IMG/VR virus record: IMGVR_UViG_3300042448_001253
Location: 65,482-129,481 of that record
DNA: 64,000 nt
Direction: 5' to 3' (one strand)
From: a virus
Part shown: piece after piece, positions 29,245 to 39,413 of the stretch
Numbering within the stretch: the first letter of the stretch is position 1
Layout: every line of letters starts with the position of its first letter
Notes under the pieces: model-generated
Databases searched by the model: none
Told to the model about the DNA's origin: nothing
The model's input: the letters and a program-made list of their open reading frames with translations, nothing else
Translations under genes and position numbers: made by a program

Positions 29245-29476
29245 TTGTGTCCCTTTACTACTCTGTGGAACTGCTTTGCGGTAGGTGGAGAGCACTCTCC
29301 TCTGGCTACTCTTATCTAGTGCTAGACAGGCAGTATCAAGCGTTTTACTTGATACCTCTACCTTACCACATAACCACCGACAACCCAAACCAACCACGCA
29401 AATCCGTATTTCAGGTGAAAAAATGAATACGCACCAGCGAAACCGCAAATCCCCGCTGGAACGGGGAAGCGTGATT

Positions 29477-29725
29477 TTAAAGTTTGGTGAGTTTGTCGCC
29501 ACTCCGCTTAAACTCTTGACGGCAATCTTCGCAAACGCCTTCATCAGTATCAACTAGGCGAGCAACGGCTTCTTCGCCATTACAGACATCACACTCGCTA
29601 CGGGAGAAATAGTCGTGACCAAACGGAAAACGGGTGTAGCCCCGATAAGTTGTCCCCACTCCGTCAGTATCTACTGACTCAATAATAGTGTTTAGGGTGG
29701 TGGTTGAGCGGAAGAACTTAGACAT
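29477..29725 (-). CDS. Zn-finger hypothetical
   Basis: MSKFFRS start; CDVC, CEDC. Confidence 0.7.
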   Translation of the reverse strand: MSKFFRSTTTLNTIIESVDTDGVGTTYRGYTRFPFGHDYFSRSECDVCNGEEAVARLVDTDEGVCEDCRQEFKRSGDKLTKL

Positions 29726-29904
29726 TTGGTATCCCCTTTCAAGAGATAGAATTAGTGCCAAGTCGAGCCTTGGCTACGCCAAGTCTAACACACTCCAAAT
29801 CTAAAAGCAACATACGCCACGAAGTCGTGTCCTAGGGCGAAAAAATGAATACACAAACCCGTAAAGCAAAACAACCAGCCTTTCGGCTGGCTGTCTGCTG
29901 GTTG

Positions 29905-30228
29905 CTAGGCTACAAGTTTCCAACCAAACTCGCTACACACATACTCTCTGCCGTCTATGGCAACTTTGTCGCCAACGCTTAGGGCTGTGTGTGGTCTGTT
30001 CTCTGGCATAACCGCTTGTAGTGCGTCCCAGAACTTACCCGCATAGTGATTTGTGTTGCTGAAAATAGCGTTACAGATTAGAACGTCGCCCTCTGGAAAA
30101 TCAAACTCCAGCTCGGCTGTTGCGTTGCCCTTTACTTCGTAACCCTTGTTGATTAGGTCAAGGATAATTGTGTCCCTATCCTCGCCTAAGTATCCCTTTG
30201 AAACCCAAGTAATTTTGATGTTAGACAC
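29905..30228 (-). CDS. Hypothetical with YodL-like C-terminal motif
   Basis: HTALSVGDKVAIDGREYVCSEFGW. Confidence 0.55.
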   Translation of the reverse strand: MSNIKITWVSKGYLGEDRDTIILDLINKGYEVKGNATAELEFDFPEGDVLICNAIFSNTNHYAGKFWDALQAVMPENRPHTALSVGDKVAIDGREYVCSEFGWKLVA

Positions 30229-30412
30229 CTAAACCACCCTCTCTGTAATCAGGCACCTTGCCGTTTTGATTACATAGTAATCCTACTACACAACTACGAC
30301 ATTTTCCAAATCGCCACACTTTGCCGTGTAGTCTTGTGAAAAAATGAATACATACATTTACGATACAAACTAACCCCGCAAGTCTAAACTCGCAGGGTCA
30401 GTTCAGGTCAGC

Positions 30413-30697
30413 CTACTCGCAACCGCAGGTCAAGCCCCACTCGGACACAGGTTCCATTTCGCAATCTGAGCAGTAAGGCTCTTCAATCTCAAAGTAGTCC
30501 TTTACGAAGAAGTCTTTAGCCCCGTTAGGATACTCAACCTTACACTCACGGCATAACCAGAAGTCAGCCAGTTCCCGAACTTTTACAGGGTCAGTCAGCC
30601 CGAATAGTTCTGGTGTTCTGGTGAGCAGGTTTAGAGCATCACCGTCATAGAACTCCCCGCAACTGTCGCAGTTAAAGTCGCCTTGGTATTTCGCCAC
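30413..30697 (-). CDS. Cys-rich Zn-finger hypothetical
   Basis: Three CxxC pairs. Confidence 0.7.
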   Translation of the reverse strand: MAKYQGDFNCDSCGEFYDGDALNLLTRTPELFGLTDPVKVRELADFWLCRECKVEYPNGAKDFFVKDYFEIEEPYCSDCEMEPVSEWGLTCGCE

Positions 30698-30858
30698 TTG
30701 TATCTCCCTTTATCTTTTGGTAGCCCCTTTGACTACAAGTCAATCTTACCACTCAACCCCGACAAAACTCAAATCGCAGGGCGAAGCGGTGTGCCAGTGT
30801 GAAAAAATGAATACACTCTCTAGCAAGCAGGGGGGGGCTTTTTGTATCGTGGTGGTGG

Positions 30859-31299
30859 CTATCCCTTGCTGGCTTTTCGTTTCGCCTTGTGAGCAGTTGT
30901 AACGCAGATACGGCAGGTGTAGGTAGTGAAGCCATTAGTTAGTTTGCACAGGTATTTATTGCTCTCGGTCATTTCGTGCCCTTTAGGGCAGGTGTCCTGA
31001 ATAATCTCTTGGTGTTCTGGTGCGACACACAAATCATTTCCGCAGGTGTAGCGTAGTTTTCTATGCTCTGGCAGTTCTGGATAGAGCAGTTCCCAAGCGT
31101 AGCGTGAAGCCGAACGAGTTTGGTTAGTTGGCTTTGACTTTCTAATCACAGGCTTTCTATGAGTAACTTCTTGCTTGAAAGGTCCGTGCCAAACCATACA
31201 CTCGCCTACTGGTTCAATTCTTTTGAGAAAGTATGTATCTGCTCTACGCAGTATAAGTTCATACTCCATACTAAGACTTATGGCTTCTTGCTCAGTCAT
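30859..31299 (-). CDS. HNH endonuclease-family protein
   Basis: ECMVWHG...CGNDLCVAPEH...CPKGHEMTESN...CRIC; the His of the HNH motif looks degenerate. Confidence 0.65.
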   Translation of the reverse strand: MTEQEAISLSMEYELILRRADTYFLKRIEPVGECMVWHGPFKQEVTHRKPVIRKSKPTNQTRSASRYAWELLYPELPEHRKLRYTCGNDLCVAPEHQEIIQDTCPKGHEMTESNKYLCKLTNGFTTYTCRICVTTAHKAKRKASKG

Positions 31300-31439
31300 T
31301 TCTCTCCCTTTCACTTGATACTCAAGTTTAGCATACACCCCTGACAAAACTCAAAATAGCCACGCAGTTAGCGTGGAGCTGTGAAAAAATGAATACAGCC
31401 CCCGTGAAAAAAACTTAGGCATTTCTGCCTAAGCCTTTC

Positions 31440-31595
31440 CTATTCGCCTTGTTCTTCTTCTTCTAGTTGCTTGTAGGCTTCCGTAACTTCTGGGTCAATA
31501 AGCCACGCTAAAAAGCCCTTGATGTCTGGCTTGTCCGTGTTTAGTCCAAAGTTCGGGTTCAGTAGTTCTTCTTTGGTTCTTTTGTTTTCAGTCAT
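31440..31595 (-). CDS. 51-aa hypothetical (not in track), paralog of 38964..39173
   Basis: FGLNTDKPDIKGFLAWLIDPEVTEAY vs FGLNTDTPDIKGFLMWLSDPEVTKAF. Confidence 0.8.
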   Translation of the reverse strand: MTENKRTKEELLNPNFGLNTDKPDIKGFLAWLIDPEVTEAYKQLEEEEQGE

Positions 31596-31627
31596 TTTAT
31601 TTTCCTTTCATTAAATAAAACAATTTG

Positions 31628-31810
31628 TTATCTGGATTTATTCCCGTATTTCCAAAACTTTTTCCTAATCCAAAAAGTCCCGTGTGTTCGGCAGAATACT
31701 TTGTGCTTACAAGGAACTAAGATTAGTGTCCCGTAATCCTTAGGCTCTTTGATTAGCCCCATAGCAAATAGTTCTGCCATTTCAGCGTCGCCCTTTTGTT
31801 CTTTGAACAT
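31628..31810 (-). CDS. Hypothetical protein
   Basis: GAAAGGGA SD. Confidence 0.65.
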   Translation of the reverse strand: MFKEQKGDAEMAELFAMGLIKEPKDYGTLILVPCKHKVFCRTHGTFWIRKKFWKYGNKSR

Positions 31811-31964
31811 TTTGTTTCCCTTTCACTTGATACCTCAAGTGTATCACTCCCCCCCGACAAATACAACAACCCCCGAAAAGTTGTGTCCAGATGTGAAAAA
31901 ATGAATACACATAACCACGACAAAGAAAAGCACCAACTCCTTACGAAGTTGGCACTTGCCTTAT

Positions 31965-32168
31965 TCAGTTCTCAGGGTGATAAGTTTCCCAGTATTCCTT
32001 TAGGGTTGCTGGTGGCTTTATCCCTGCTTCTTCCCAAGAAATTCCGTAGTCGCCGTCTGGTCCGTATGGAAACCAGTCTTGGACATTGATGTCTGGAATG
32101 TCTGGCGAGTAATCGTAATCATCACTCGTGGCAGGTCTTTCTCGTGGGTCATCAATCATAGTAATCAC
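31965..32168 (-). CDS. Acidic hypothetical
   Basis: GGAGGAGG SD. Confidence 0.7.
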   Translation of the reverse strand: MITMIDDPRERPATSDDYDYSPDIPDINVQDWFPYGPDGDYGISWEEAGIKPPATLKEYWETYHPEN

Positions 32169-32340
32169 CTCCTCCTTTTCTTGCTTACAGCAAGTTTACC
32201 ACACTTACCAATAAAAACGCAAAGCCACACAGGAACGGTGTTTACCTGTGAAAAAATGAATACAGCCCCAACCTGGTTAAACTTTCGGGCAAAAAATTAA
32301 CCTGGAAGCCGAAGCAACCAGGTTAACTTTTATTGTCGTG

Positions 32341-32526
32341 TTAGCAGTGTTCGGCAACTAATTCTTCTAGGGTGTCATACCAGATTGAACCCCAGCCGTC
32401 TAGACACCAAGCGAAGCCCTTAGAGCCGTCTTGGTATCTAACAGCGACAGGGACACCCATAGGGCGTCTGCCTTCCATTGCTTCCCAAGTTGCGTAAGTA
32501 ACATTTAGAACCTTTGTCTTTTCCAT
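32341..32526 (-). CDS. Hypothetical protein
   Basis: TAATG coupling. Confidence 0.7.
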   Translation of the reverse strand: MEKTKVLNVTYATWEAMEGRRPMGVPVAVRYQDGSKGFAWCLDGWGSIWYDTLEELVAEHC

Positions 32527-32636
32527 TATTCACTCTCGCAATCGTGTCCGTAGTAAAACTCTTCGGCTTGCTCTTCGTCTAGCAGATTGAATACTCGGCT
32601 ACACTCTGGGCATTTTGCCTTTGTCCTGATTTCCAT
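32526..32636 (-). CDS. 36-aa CxxC peptide (not in track)
   Basis: MEIRTKAKCPECSRVFNLLDEEQAEEFYYGHDCESE; GAAAAGGGA SD. Confidence 0.7.
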   Translation of the reverse strand: MEIRTKAKCPECSRVFNLLDEEQAEEFYYGHDCESE

Positions 32637-32742
32637 TTGTCCCTTTTCCAGTTGGATTTTCCAACTACTAGTAGTTTAGCATTAACTCCCGACAAACGCC
32701 AACATTTCATTAACTCCGTGTTTCAGTGTGAAAAAATGAATA

Positions 32743-32786
<44 letters not shown>

Positions 32787-32830
32787 AAGAGAGAAACCCT
32801 GCCCGAAGGCAGGGCTTCCCCTGAATTAAT

Positions 32831-33064
32831 TTATTCTTGCTCGTATTCCATTTCGCCCGCTTCTTCTTTGGCTATCATTTCGTTTAGCCAATCAAGAGCC
32901 TTCTGGCGACCCTTGACGCCCTTGCCGAAGGTGGCGTAAGCGTCAATCTGGAGTAAGCGACCTAGAGACTTCATTGCTGGTTCTCGTGTTAGTTGGAACT
33001 TGCCTTCACTTTTAATCTCTGCTTCTAGTCCAATGACTATGAGCCTTGCTTGTAATCCGTTCAT
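32831..33064 (-). CDS. Hypothetical protein
   Basis: SD, promoter, terminator. Confidence 0.75.
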   Translation of the reverse strand: MNGLQARLIVIGLEAEIKSEGKFQLTREPAMKSLGRLLQIDAYATFGKGVKGRQKALDWLNEMIAKEEAGEMEYEQE

Positions 33065-33408
33065 TGTTTCCCTTTGCTAAGGTAGCCGTTTTTGACTACA
33101 TAGGTAGTCTACCAGTTTCTAGCGACAAGTCAAATTGAGGCGTGTCGGAAAAAGGCGAGTGTGAAAAAATGAATACAGCAGTCGTGCTGGTCAATCACAT
33201 CTGGCAGGGGTGGAAAACAGGGGGCATACTCTAAATCGGGGCTGTAAGGCTTGTAGGGGGCTTAGGGGTCTAAATAGACATCTATCCCATACCTAGACCT
33301 AAAACTCTCTCTACGGGGCTTACAGGGCTTAAATCTAGAATAGTAAAACTCCCCCTGCCGTGTGTGAGCAAGGGGAGTTTTTTGAGTGTGTCCGACACTC
33401 GGCGGGAT

Positions 33409-33615
33409 TTACTTGGTCTTAACCCACTTGATAGTGGTTTGTAGCAAGTGGTCGTAATCTCCACTCGTGGCTTCTGCGTAGTAAGCGTCTACAACTTCTT
33501 TCGGCAATCCAGCAGTTTTCATTGCTTTCATTACACGCCCAAGAATAGCAAACGCATTTCCATCTTCGCCAATCAACTTGACCTTTTTTACTTCTGGATA
33601 CTTCACTTCCGACAT
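33409..33615 (-). CDS. Conserved phage hypothetical (GEDGNAFAILG...SGDYDHLL)
   Basis: Recognisable widespread motif; SD. Confidence 0.8.
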   Translation of the reverse strand: MSEVKYPEVKKVKLIGEDGNAFAILGRVMKAMKTAGLPKEVVDAYYAEATSGDYDHLLQTTIKWVKTK

Positions 33616-33787
33616 CTCTGCCCTTTCAGTTGATTACTTCTTTTTCACCAACAACATCAGTTTACCACAACTAGCCCTAAAACCAAATTAGCCCCGTGTT
33701 ATCGCGTCGCCCTGTGAAAAAATGAATACACGCAAACTCATCAAAAAATTCGCCTAACTTTTCATTAGGCGAACTTTTATGAAACTT

Positions 33788-34057
33788 TTACAGCGTGAAT
33801 AATTTTGCTGTAATCTCTCCCCAAACTTGGAGATAGACTGCCAGCTTAAATTCTGCTTCTTCTTGTATTCTGGCGTGTAGTTTTCTGCTGAACTCGGTAT
33901 CACCTTTAAACTCAACTTGGGTATCTTTGAACGCTTGGTTAATGTGGCGACCAACTTGGCTATCCAAGAATAGCAACTGCTCTCTGGTGTTTCTCTGCTC
34001 TATGCTCATCTTGCCTAGTAGGTGATTAGCAAGTTCAGTTACTTTTGTGTTGTCCAT
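33788..34057 (-). CDS. Hypothetical protein
   Basis: SD, promoter, terminator. Confidence 0.75.
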   Translation of the reverse strand: MDNTKVTELANHLLGKMSIEQRNTREQLLFLDSQVGRHINQAFKDTQVEFKGDTEFSRKLHARIQEEAEFKLAVYLQVWGEITAKLFTL

Positions 34058-34214
34058 TTAGGAACTCCCTTTTCTTGTTATGTCTTAACTCTACACCATA
34101 GCCCCGACATCTCGCAAAACATACACGACAACGGCGTTAGGGTGTGAAAAAATGAATACGCCCTGCCCTGCCAAGAAACCTAACCCTTTCGGGTTAGGCT
34201 CTCGGTGAGATTGA

Positions 34215-34487
34215 TTAGGCTTTTCTCGCCCTTTGGATTGCTTCTAGGACTTTGGTGAGTTCGTTAATGTGTTGTTGGTGAATACCAATCGTAGCGTCTT
34301 CGGTGCTAGTTCTAGCAATCTCTTCTTCTACTAGGCGTTCTATTTTGATTAGACCTAGAAAAGTTAGACCAGTCATAGATAGAGCAATGGTGTAGTCGTT
34401 CTCGGCTTCGCCTGTGTATGCGTAGCCTTCTGCGAACTCGCCAGACTGGACTATCTCATAGACAGACTTCTTGTTTGTAGTTTCCAT
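34215..34487 (-). CDS. Hypothetical protein
   Basis: SD, promoter, terminator. Confidence 0.75.
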   Translation of the reverse strand: METTNKKSVYEIVQSGEFAEGYAYTGEAENDYTIALSMTGLTFLGLIKIERLVEEEIARTSTEDATIGIHQQHINELTKVLEAIQRARKA

Positions 34488-34671
34488 TTGGAAACCCCTT
34501 TCTGTAATCTAGGCGACTTGCCTTTCTTGATTACATAGTAATCTTACACCCTAGCCCCGACATTACCAAATTGAGCAAAGACTAGGCGTGTTGGTGTGAA
34601 AAAATGAATACACTCAACCCTGCCAAAAACTTTCCCCCTGCCAACTTCGGCAAGGGGAGAGTTCGGGGAGA

Positions 34672-35250
34672 TTACAATCCAAAGTTATTCAGGACATAAT
34701 CTTTATCCAACTTAAAAAACTCTTGGACAACTTCGGTGTAAGCGTAATCTTCATCTTGCTCCCACTTGGTAATTGTTGAGCCGTCATCTGCCGTATAGAC
34801 CTTGGCTCTCTCCACATTGACCAAATAGACTTCGCCCTTGTAGTAAGTATCAACGCTGTTGATTAGGAACTCCAAGTCGCCTAGTGCCATTGAGCCACTC
34901 TCGCCATAGACAACAACTTCGTTCCACTCGCCCTGTGAATAGCCCTTGAGTTCGTGGAATAGGTGTGGAACTCCCTTGCTGTTTAGGTAGTCGCCAATCT
35001 GTTTCTTGGTGTTAGCGAAGTCGCCATAATAAACGCTGTCGCTAACTAGCAATTGGATAGCGTTAGATAGTTCGGTGTTTGACCCGAAGTGTGCCATACC
35101 TCTAGCAGATTGAACTGTGTCTAAGGCAACGCCTAGCAGACTAGCGTAATCACTAGTGGAACTATACTGCCCTGTGTGATACGCCACTACTCTTGTGTTG
35201 CTATCTACTTCATAAATAGAACTGTTTAGTGTTTCTGTTTGAGTTTCCAT
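34672..35250 (-). CDS. Hypothetical protein (GYSQGEW motif)
   Basis: 192 aa; SD, promoter, terminator. Confidence 0.8.
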   Translation of the reverse strand: METQTETLNSSIYEVDSNTRVVAYHTGQYSSTSDYASLLGVALDTVQSARGMAHFGSNTELSNAIQLLVSDSVYYGDFANTKKQIGDYLNSKGVPHLFHELKGYSQGEWNEVVVYGESGSMALGDLEFLINSVDTYYKGEVYLVNVERAKVYTADDGSTITKWEQDEDYAYTEVVQEFFKLDKDYVLNNFGL

Positions 35251-35423
35251 AATTCCCTTTCAGTTAGTATCTCTAACTACTATCCACATTACACCATTGA
35301 GCAGACATTACGCAACATCTCGCAAACTCGGTGTCGTGTCTGTGAAAAAATGAATACATTCCGAAACAAATCTGTTACGGAAAATCCCCCTATTGCTAGG
35401 GGGACTTCTCGTATCAGTTCGGG

Positions 35424-35813
35424 CTAGTAGTCTTCGTCTTCGTCTTCGTCTTCGTCTTCGTCTTCTTCATCGTAATCATTACAAACCCCAGCACAGCCAC
35501 TCTCGCCACAATCATCGCAATCATCTTGGTCAAACTGCCCAATCAAATCTACGAACCCAGCGTTCGGGTCTTCGTGATTAGTTGCTACGCCCTGAATGAA
35601 TTTCAGCCCACAGGACTTATCAAACCAATCTCTTAGCGTGTCCATCATCTCGCTAGGTGTCTGGTCGTCTGTCGTTCTAATCTCTTCGTATTCATACTTA
35701 CGCATTAGAGCAACTTGCTCGGTGTCCATAAGGACATAAATCTTGTGGCAGGTATCAAAGGCAATGCCCTTACAATCTGCCACAGCGTCTTCTACTTTAT
35801 CCCAATCAATCAT
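35424..35813 (-). CDS. Acidic hypothetical with poly-DE tail
   Basis: GIAFDTCHKIY; CDDC..C..C; (DE)n tail. Confidence 0.8.
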   Translation of the reverse strand: MIDWDKVEDAVADCKGIAFDTCHKIYVLMDTEQVALMRKYEYEEIRTTDDQTPSEMMDTLRDWFDKSCGLKFIQGVATNHEDPNAGFVDLIGQFDQDDCDDCGESGCAGVCNDYDEEDEDEDEDEDEDY

Positions 35814-35996
35814 TTCGTTTCCCTTTACTAGTTGATACGCCCCTTGGCATTTCCAAGTGGTAGTACCACTCTACCAGATAACTAGGACAAAGCAAGTTAG
35901 GGTCGTGTTTGTCGTGGCTTATGTGAAAAAATGAATACAGGTCGCCAGCTTAAAAATAATCCCCCCTAGTTTCAGGGGAGATTATTCAGCGTGAGA

Positions 35997-36524
35997 TTAT
36001 GCTCGCCAGAATTCTAAGTCTTGTGCCAGCAACCACGCTACAAAGTGGGGATTGAACAAGACCTTATCGTGTCGCTTCTCTCGCATTAGGTCTATGGCTT
36101 CTTGTGCCGTATAGCCGTCAATCATTAGGACTAGGGCAAAGATTAGGCTAGACCTGTTTAGACCTGCTTGGCAACGCAACAAGACCTTTTCGCCACGCTT
36201 CCAATCAGCGTGAGCCATTAGAGCAATACGCTTAAAGGCTTCTAAGTCAAAGTCGGTATCACCACTATCAAAGTAACCGAACCTAAACTCTTTAACCTGC
36301 CAATACACAGGGTTAGCAGAAGCGTAAAAGGTATAGACACTATCAAAGTGTCGTGTCTTGATAGACCAATCAGGTCTATCTATCTCGTGGTGTTTGTCGC
36401 CAACACAATCATTATCAGCAGTTCCACCTAGCCACAAGTTAGGCAGGACTTCACTCCAGATTGAAATGTCCAACGCACCATTTAAGAATGGCTCGTTGCT
36501 GTAAGACTTCTCGTAGTTGTTCAT
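35997..36524 (-). CDS. Dual-specificity / tyrosine phosphatase family protein
   Basis: P-loop CQAGLNRS (CX5R); LPNLWLGG at N-terminus. Confidence 0.9.
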   Translation of the reverse strand: MNNYEKSYSNEPFLNGALDISIWSEVLPNLWLGGTADNDCVGDKHHEIDRPDWSIKTRHFDSVYTFYASANPVYWQVKEFRFGYFDSGDTDFDLEAFKRIALMAHADWKRGEKVLLRCQAGLNRSSLIFALVLMIDGYTAQEAIDLMREKRHDKVLFNPHFVAWLLAQDLEFWRA

Positions 36525-36681
36525 AGTTTCCCTTTCCATAATCTAAGTATCTCATTAATACAACCTAAACTCAAACTCATTTATTCCCAGCGTGTTTAAG
36601 GTGAAAAAATGAATACAACCCTGTTCCCCCTTAATCCAAAGTTCCCCCCCTGCTCTCGCAAGGGGGACTTCGGCAACCTGT

Positions 36682-37020
36682 TTAGATTGTGGTGTGGATT
36701 ATGTTAATCCTGATTGCTGGACTATCGTATTTCACTGCTTCCCAGATTTCAGGATAGACGGACTTAAGCAACTTGGTATCTGCTCTTGGCGTGATTACTT
36801 CGCTAATCTTGGCAACCTTGATGTTTCGGTGAATAAGGGTAACTGGTGTTTCGCCAACTTCGGCTAATACCTGCTCTCTTAGTGTGCTTGCTAACTTTTC
36901 CAAGTCGGCAATCTGGCTCTTTACCTTAGACAAGTGGTCTAGGGTATCTACCATTGACTTACTAACCTTAAGTAGGTTTTCGGTGGTGGTAGTGGTGGTG
37001 CTTGTAGTTGTAGTTTTGAT
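36682..37020 (-). CDS. Coiled-coil hypothetical (paralog of 22050), possibly starting at ATC
   Basis: AAAGGG SD sits 7 nt before an in-frame ATC at 37020; track start 36954 has no SD. Confidence 0.7.
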   Translation of the reverse strand: MKTTTTSTTTTTTENLLKVSKSMVDTLDHLSKVKSQIADLEKLASTLREQVLAEVGETPVTLIHRNIKVAKISEVITPRADTKLLKSVYPEIWEAVKYDSPAIRINIIHTTI

Positions 37021-37217
37021 GGTGTGTCCCTTTGTTGGTGGTGCTGTTTGGTGGTGCTATCTAATCACCTGAACTAGATACTAGTATCTTACCATTAAGT
37101 TTCCAAAAAAAGCAATACCACGCCAAAATTAAAAAGTCGTGTGAAAAAATGAATACAGATTAAAAGCTTAAAAATAATCCCCGTATTTCTACGGGGAATT
37201 ATCTTGGTGAAGATTAT

Positions 37218-37436
37218 TTACCACTCATCTTCTACTTTTTCGTATTCTTCTTCTTCTTCTTCTTCTTCTTCTTCTTCTTCTGCTTCTTCTACTTCTATGC
37301 TCTCAACGCTTTCGTATTCCAAAACGGCATCTTCGCCATAATACGCTGACCACGCTTTTTCTTCTGCTTCTTTTTCACTATTCGCAACAATAGTTCCCGA
37401 ATAATTAACCTGTATCTTTACTTCGTAACTTGGCAC
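37218..37436 (-). CDS. Very acidic small protein with poly-E tract
   Basis: GTG start after GAAAAGGGA; (GAA)n. Confidence 0.7.
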   Translation of the reverse strand: MPSYEVKIQVNYSGTIVANSEKEAEEKAWSAYYGEDAVLEYESVESIEVEEAEEEEEEEEEEEEYEKVEDEW

Positions 37437-37595
37437 TTTGTCCCTTTTCCCAGTTGGCACTTCCAACTGATAACCCCAGTTTAGCACACAATCGCCAAAT
37501 ACCTAATCAAGACCTCAAAACTAATTTCTTTGTGAAAAAATGAATACAACTTCGGCAGATAGTAAAATCCCCTGCTGGTTAGGCAGGGGGCTTAC

Positions 37596-37754
37596 TTAAT
37601 CTATTGCTGGATAAAACGGGGTCGGGTCATAGCAACCTTCACAAAAACCCGTCTTACTGCTTACTGAATAGCGTTCAGCGTCAATAAGGGGATTGCTCTC
37701 GTCAATGACTTCCGAGCAACTTGGGCATACTTCCTGTTTTGTATTTTCACTCAT
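37596..37754 (-). CDS. 52-aa Zn-finger protein, leaderless (not in track)
   Basis: CPSC...CEGC; TAGTAT 6 nt before ATG. Confidence 0.65.
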   Translation of the reverse strand: MSENTKQEVCPSCSEVIDESNPLIDAERYSVSSKTGFCEGCYDPTPFYPAID

Positions 37755-37951
37755 AGGGCGATACTACCACCCGTCAGCGACATACGCAACTAGCGACCCG
37801 TCAGGTGAAAAAATGAATACACAGCAAGCCGTCAAGTAAAAACGGGTAGCAACCGAAAGGGGATAAGGTTGCTACCCGTCAGGGCGGAAAAGACACGCCC
37901 GTTGCGATTAGGAGAAAGGGGGTAATCCTAATCGCAAGCCGTTACACTCTG

Positions 37952-38296
37952 CTAGCCGAGCCGTCTAAGGTTTGCGAACTCCGTTATCGGCTCGCCGTTA
38001 CCGAGCCAATACTCGCCGTTATCAGCATTAACATAAATGTTGTCGTTGTCGTTTGTGTCCCCGATGTCCGAGCCGAAAGCGTCTATCCCGAACGATAACT
38101 CGCCGTCATAGTTTCCTAGCCGTGCGAACTCGTAGAACAGTTGAGCCGTCAAATAAGACGGGTCGCCAATCCTACCCGTGCGAGCCAGAACTGTCCTGAC
38201 TGCCGTGAGTGCGTGAGAGCCTGCCCAATGCCCGTAAAGGTTTATCGGTGTTAAGAACTGCTCGCTCTGAACCTGTATTACAACTCTGTTTCCCAT
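37952..38296 (-). CDS. Conserved phage hypothetical (MGNR...LYGHWAG)
   Basis: TAATG coupling; recognisable motif. Confidence 0.8.
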   Translation of the reverse strand: MGNRVVIQVQSEQFLTPINLYGHWAGSHALTAVRTVLARTGRIGDPSYLTAQLFYEFARLGNYDGELSFGIDAFGSDIGDTNDNDNIYVNADNGEYWLGNGEPITEFANLRRLG

Positions 38297-38523
38297 TAGC
38301 TTAACTCCTGCTCTTGTAGTTTCTCAAAGTGAGCCTGTCCGTCTGTTGCCGTAGAGATGTCAAAAATCTGCTCTTTGGTAACTCGCCAGTATGCGAAGAC
38401 CTGCTCGGATAGTTGTGCGAACTGCTTTGGTGAAATCTTAACAACTGCGTTCCCTGCGACAATTTGGAAATGGTCGCTTAGGAAGTTATCAATCGTTAAG
38501 TCCTGCTTTATCGTGTTTCCCAT
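38296..38523 (-). CDS. Hypothetical protein
   Basis: MGNTIKQ start after GAAAGGGA. Confidence 0.75.
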   Translation of the reverse strand: MGNTIKQDLTIDNFLSDHFQIVAGNAVVKISPKQFAQLSEQVFAYWRVTKEQIFDISTATDGQAHFEKLQEQELS

Positions 38524-38681
38524 TTGTTTCCCTTTCGTGTTGAGCCTTTCCCAACAACAAGTTAACCTTACCACACATCAGCGACAAACCAAACCAAGCC
38601 AGCCTGTAGTGTCCCTTGTGTGAAAAAATGAATACACTCTCGCTAGCAAATAAGCGAGAGCAGTTTCACTCTCGCCTATTG

Positions 38682-38786
38682 CTACCAAACTTCCATTGGC
38701 TCAGTTTCGTATACAAGTCCAACGCTAGTCAGGCGAGCAACCAAGTCGTTTAGTTGCTCTCCTGTTAGCGTGATTGGCTCACTCAT
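38682..38786 (-). CDS. 34-aa hypothetical (not in track)
   Basis: MSEPITLTGEQLNDLVARLTSVG...; overlaps the upstream stop. Confidence 0.5.
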   Translation of the reverse strand: MSEPITLTGEQLNDLVARLTSVGLVYETEPMEVW

Positions 38787-38967
38787 TTTGCCACTTGCCA
38801 CAACTCTCACAACTAGCATCTCCAATTCCCGTATTCCAAATTAAAGGTTCGTGAGAGCAGAAAGAGCATTTGTGGTATGAAACTCCACTCAACTCCATTT
38901 CCTTTTCGGACATTTCGCCCCAATAGATTTTGTGTGTTTTATTTACGCATTGTTCGCAAGTTGTCAT
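38779..38967 (-). CDS. Small Zn-finger protein
   Basis: Three CxxC pairs; ATGA coupling. Confidence 0.7.
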   Translation of the reverse strand: MTTCEQCVNKTHKIYWGEMSEKEMELSGVSYHKCSFCSHEPLIWNTGIGDASCESCGKWQNE

Positions 38968-39173
38968 TTGTTCGTTTCCTTTTCGCTTTCGCTTTCGCTT
39001 TGCTCTAATCTCTCAAAGGCTTTGGTAACTTCGGGGTCGCTTAGCCACATTAAGAAACCCTTAATGTCTGGTGTATCTGTGTTAAGCCCAAAGGTCTTTT
39101 CTGTTAGTGCCTTGTCGTTTTCGTTGGTGTTGATTTGTCTGCCCTTTCCATTGGCGTTTATTTGTGTGTTCAT
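38964..39173 (-). CDS. Hypothetical, paralog of 31440..31595
   Basis: Shared FGLNTDxPDIKGFL motif. Confidence 0.75.
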   Translation of the reverse strand: MNTQINANGKGRQINTNENDKALTEKTFGLNTDTPDIKGFLMWLSDPEVTKAFERLEQSESESEKETNK

Positions 39174-39197
39174 ACTTAATACAACTAAGTAAGCGTG

Positions 39198-39413
39198 TTA
39201 TTTATTCCCACAATCACAAGATTTATCGTGAGAAATTAATAAAGAGTTTTCAGGTAGTCCCTGAATACGCTCCAATAAGTCCAACGCTGCTCTGTAATCG
39301 TGTGCCCAATAAGGACTGGTGTCGCTAATCATTTGGTGGTAATAGTCTGCTGTTGTTTCAATGATGTTGATAGCGTCTGCCAAGTCCTTAGCAGGTGTAA
39401 TGTGTTCAGTCAT
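39198..39413 (-). CDS. Hypothetical protein
   Basis: GAAAGGGA SD. Confidence 0.75.
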   Translation of the reverse strand: MTEHITPAKDLADAINIIETTADYYHQMISDTSPYWAHDYRAALDLLERIQGLPENSLLISHDKSCDCGNK

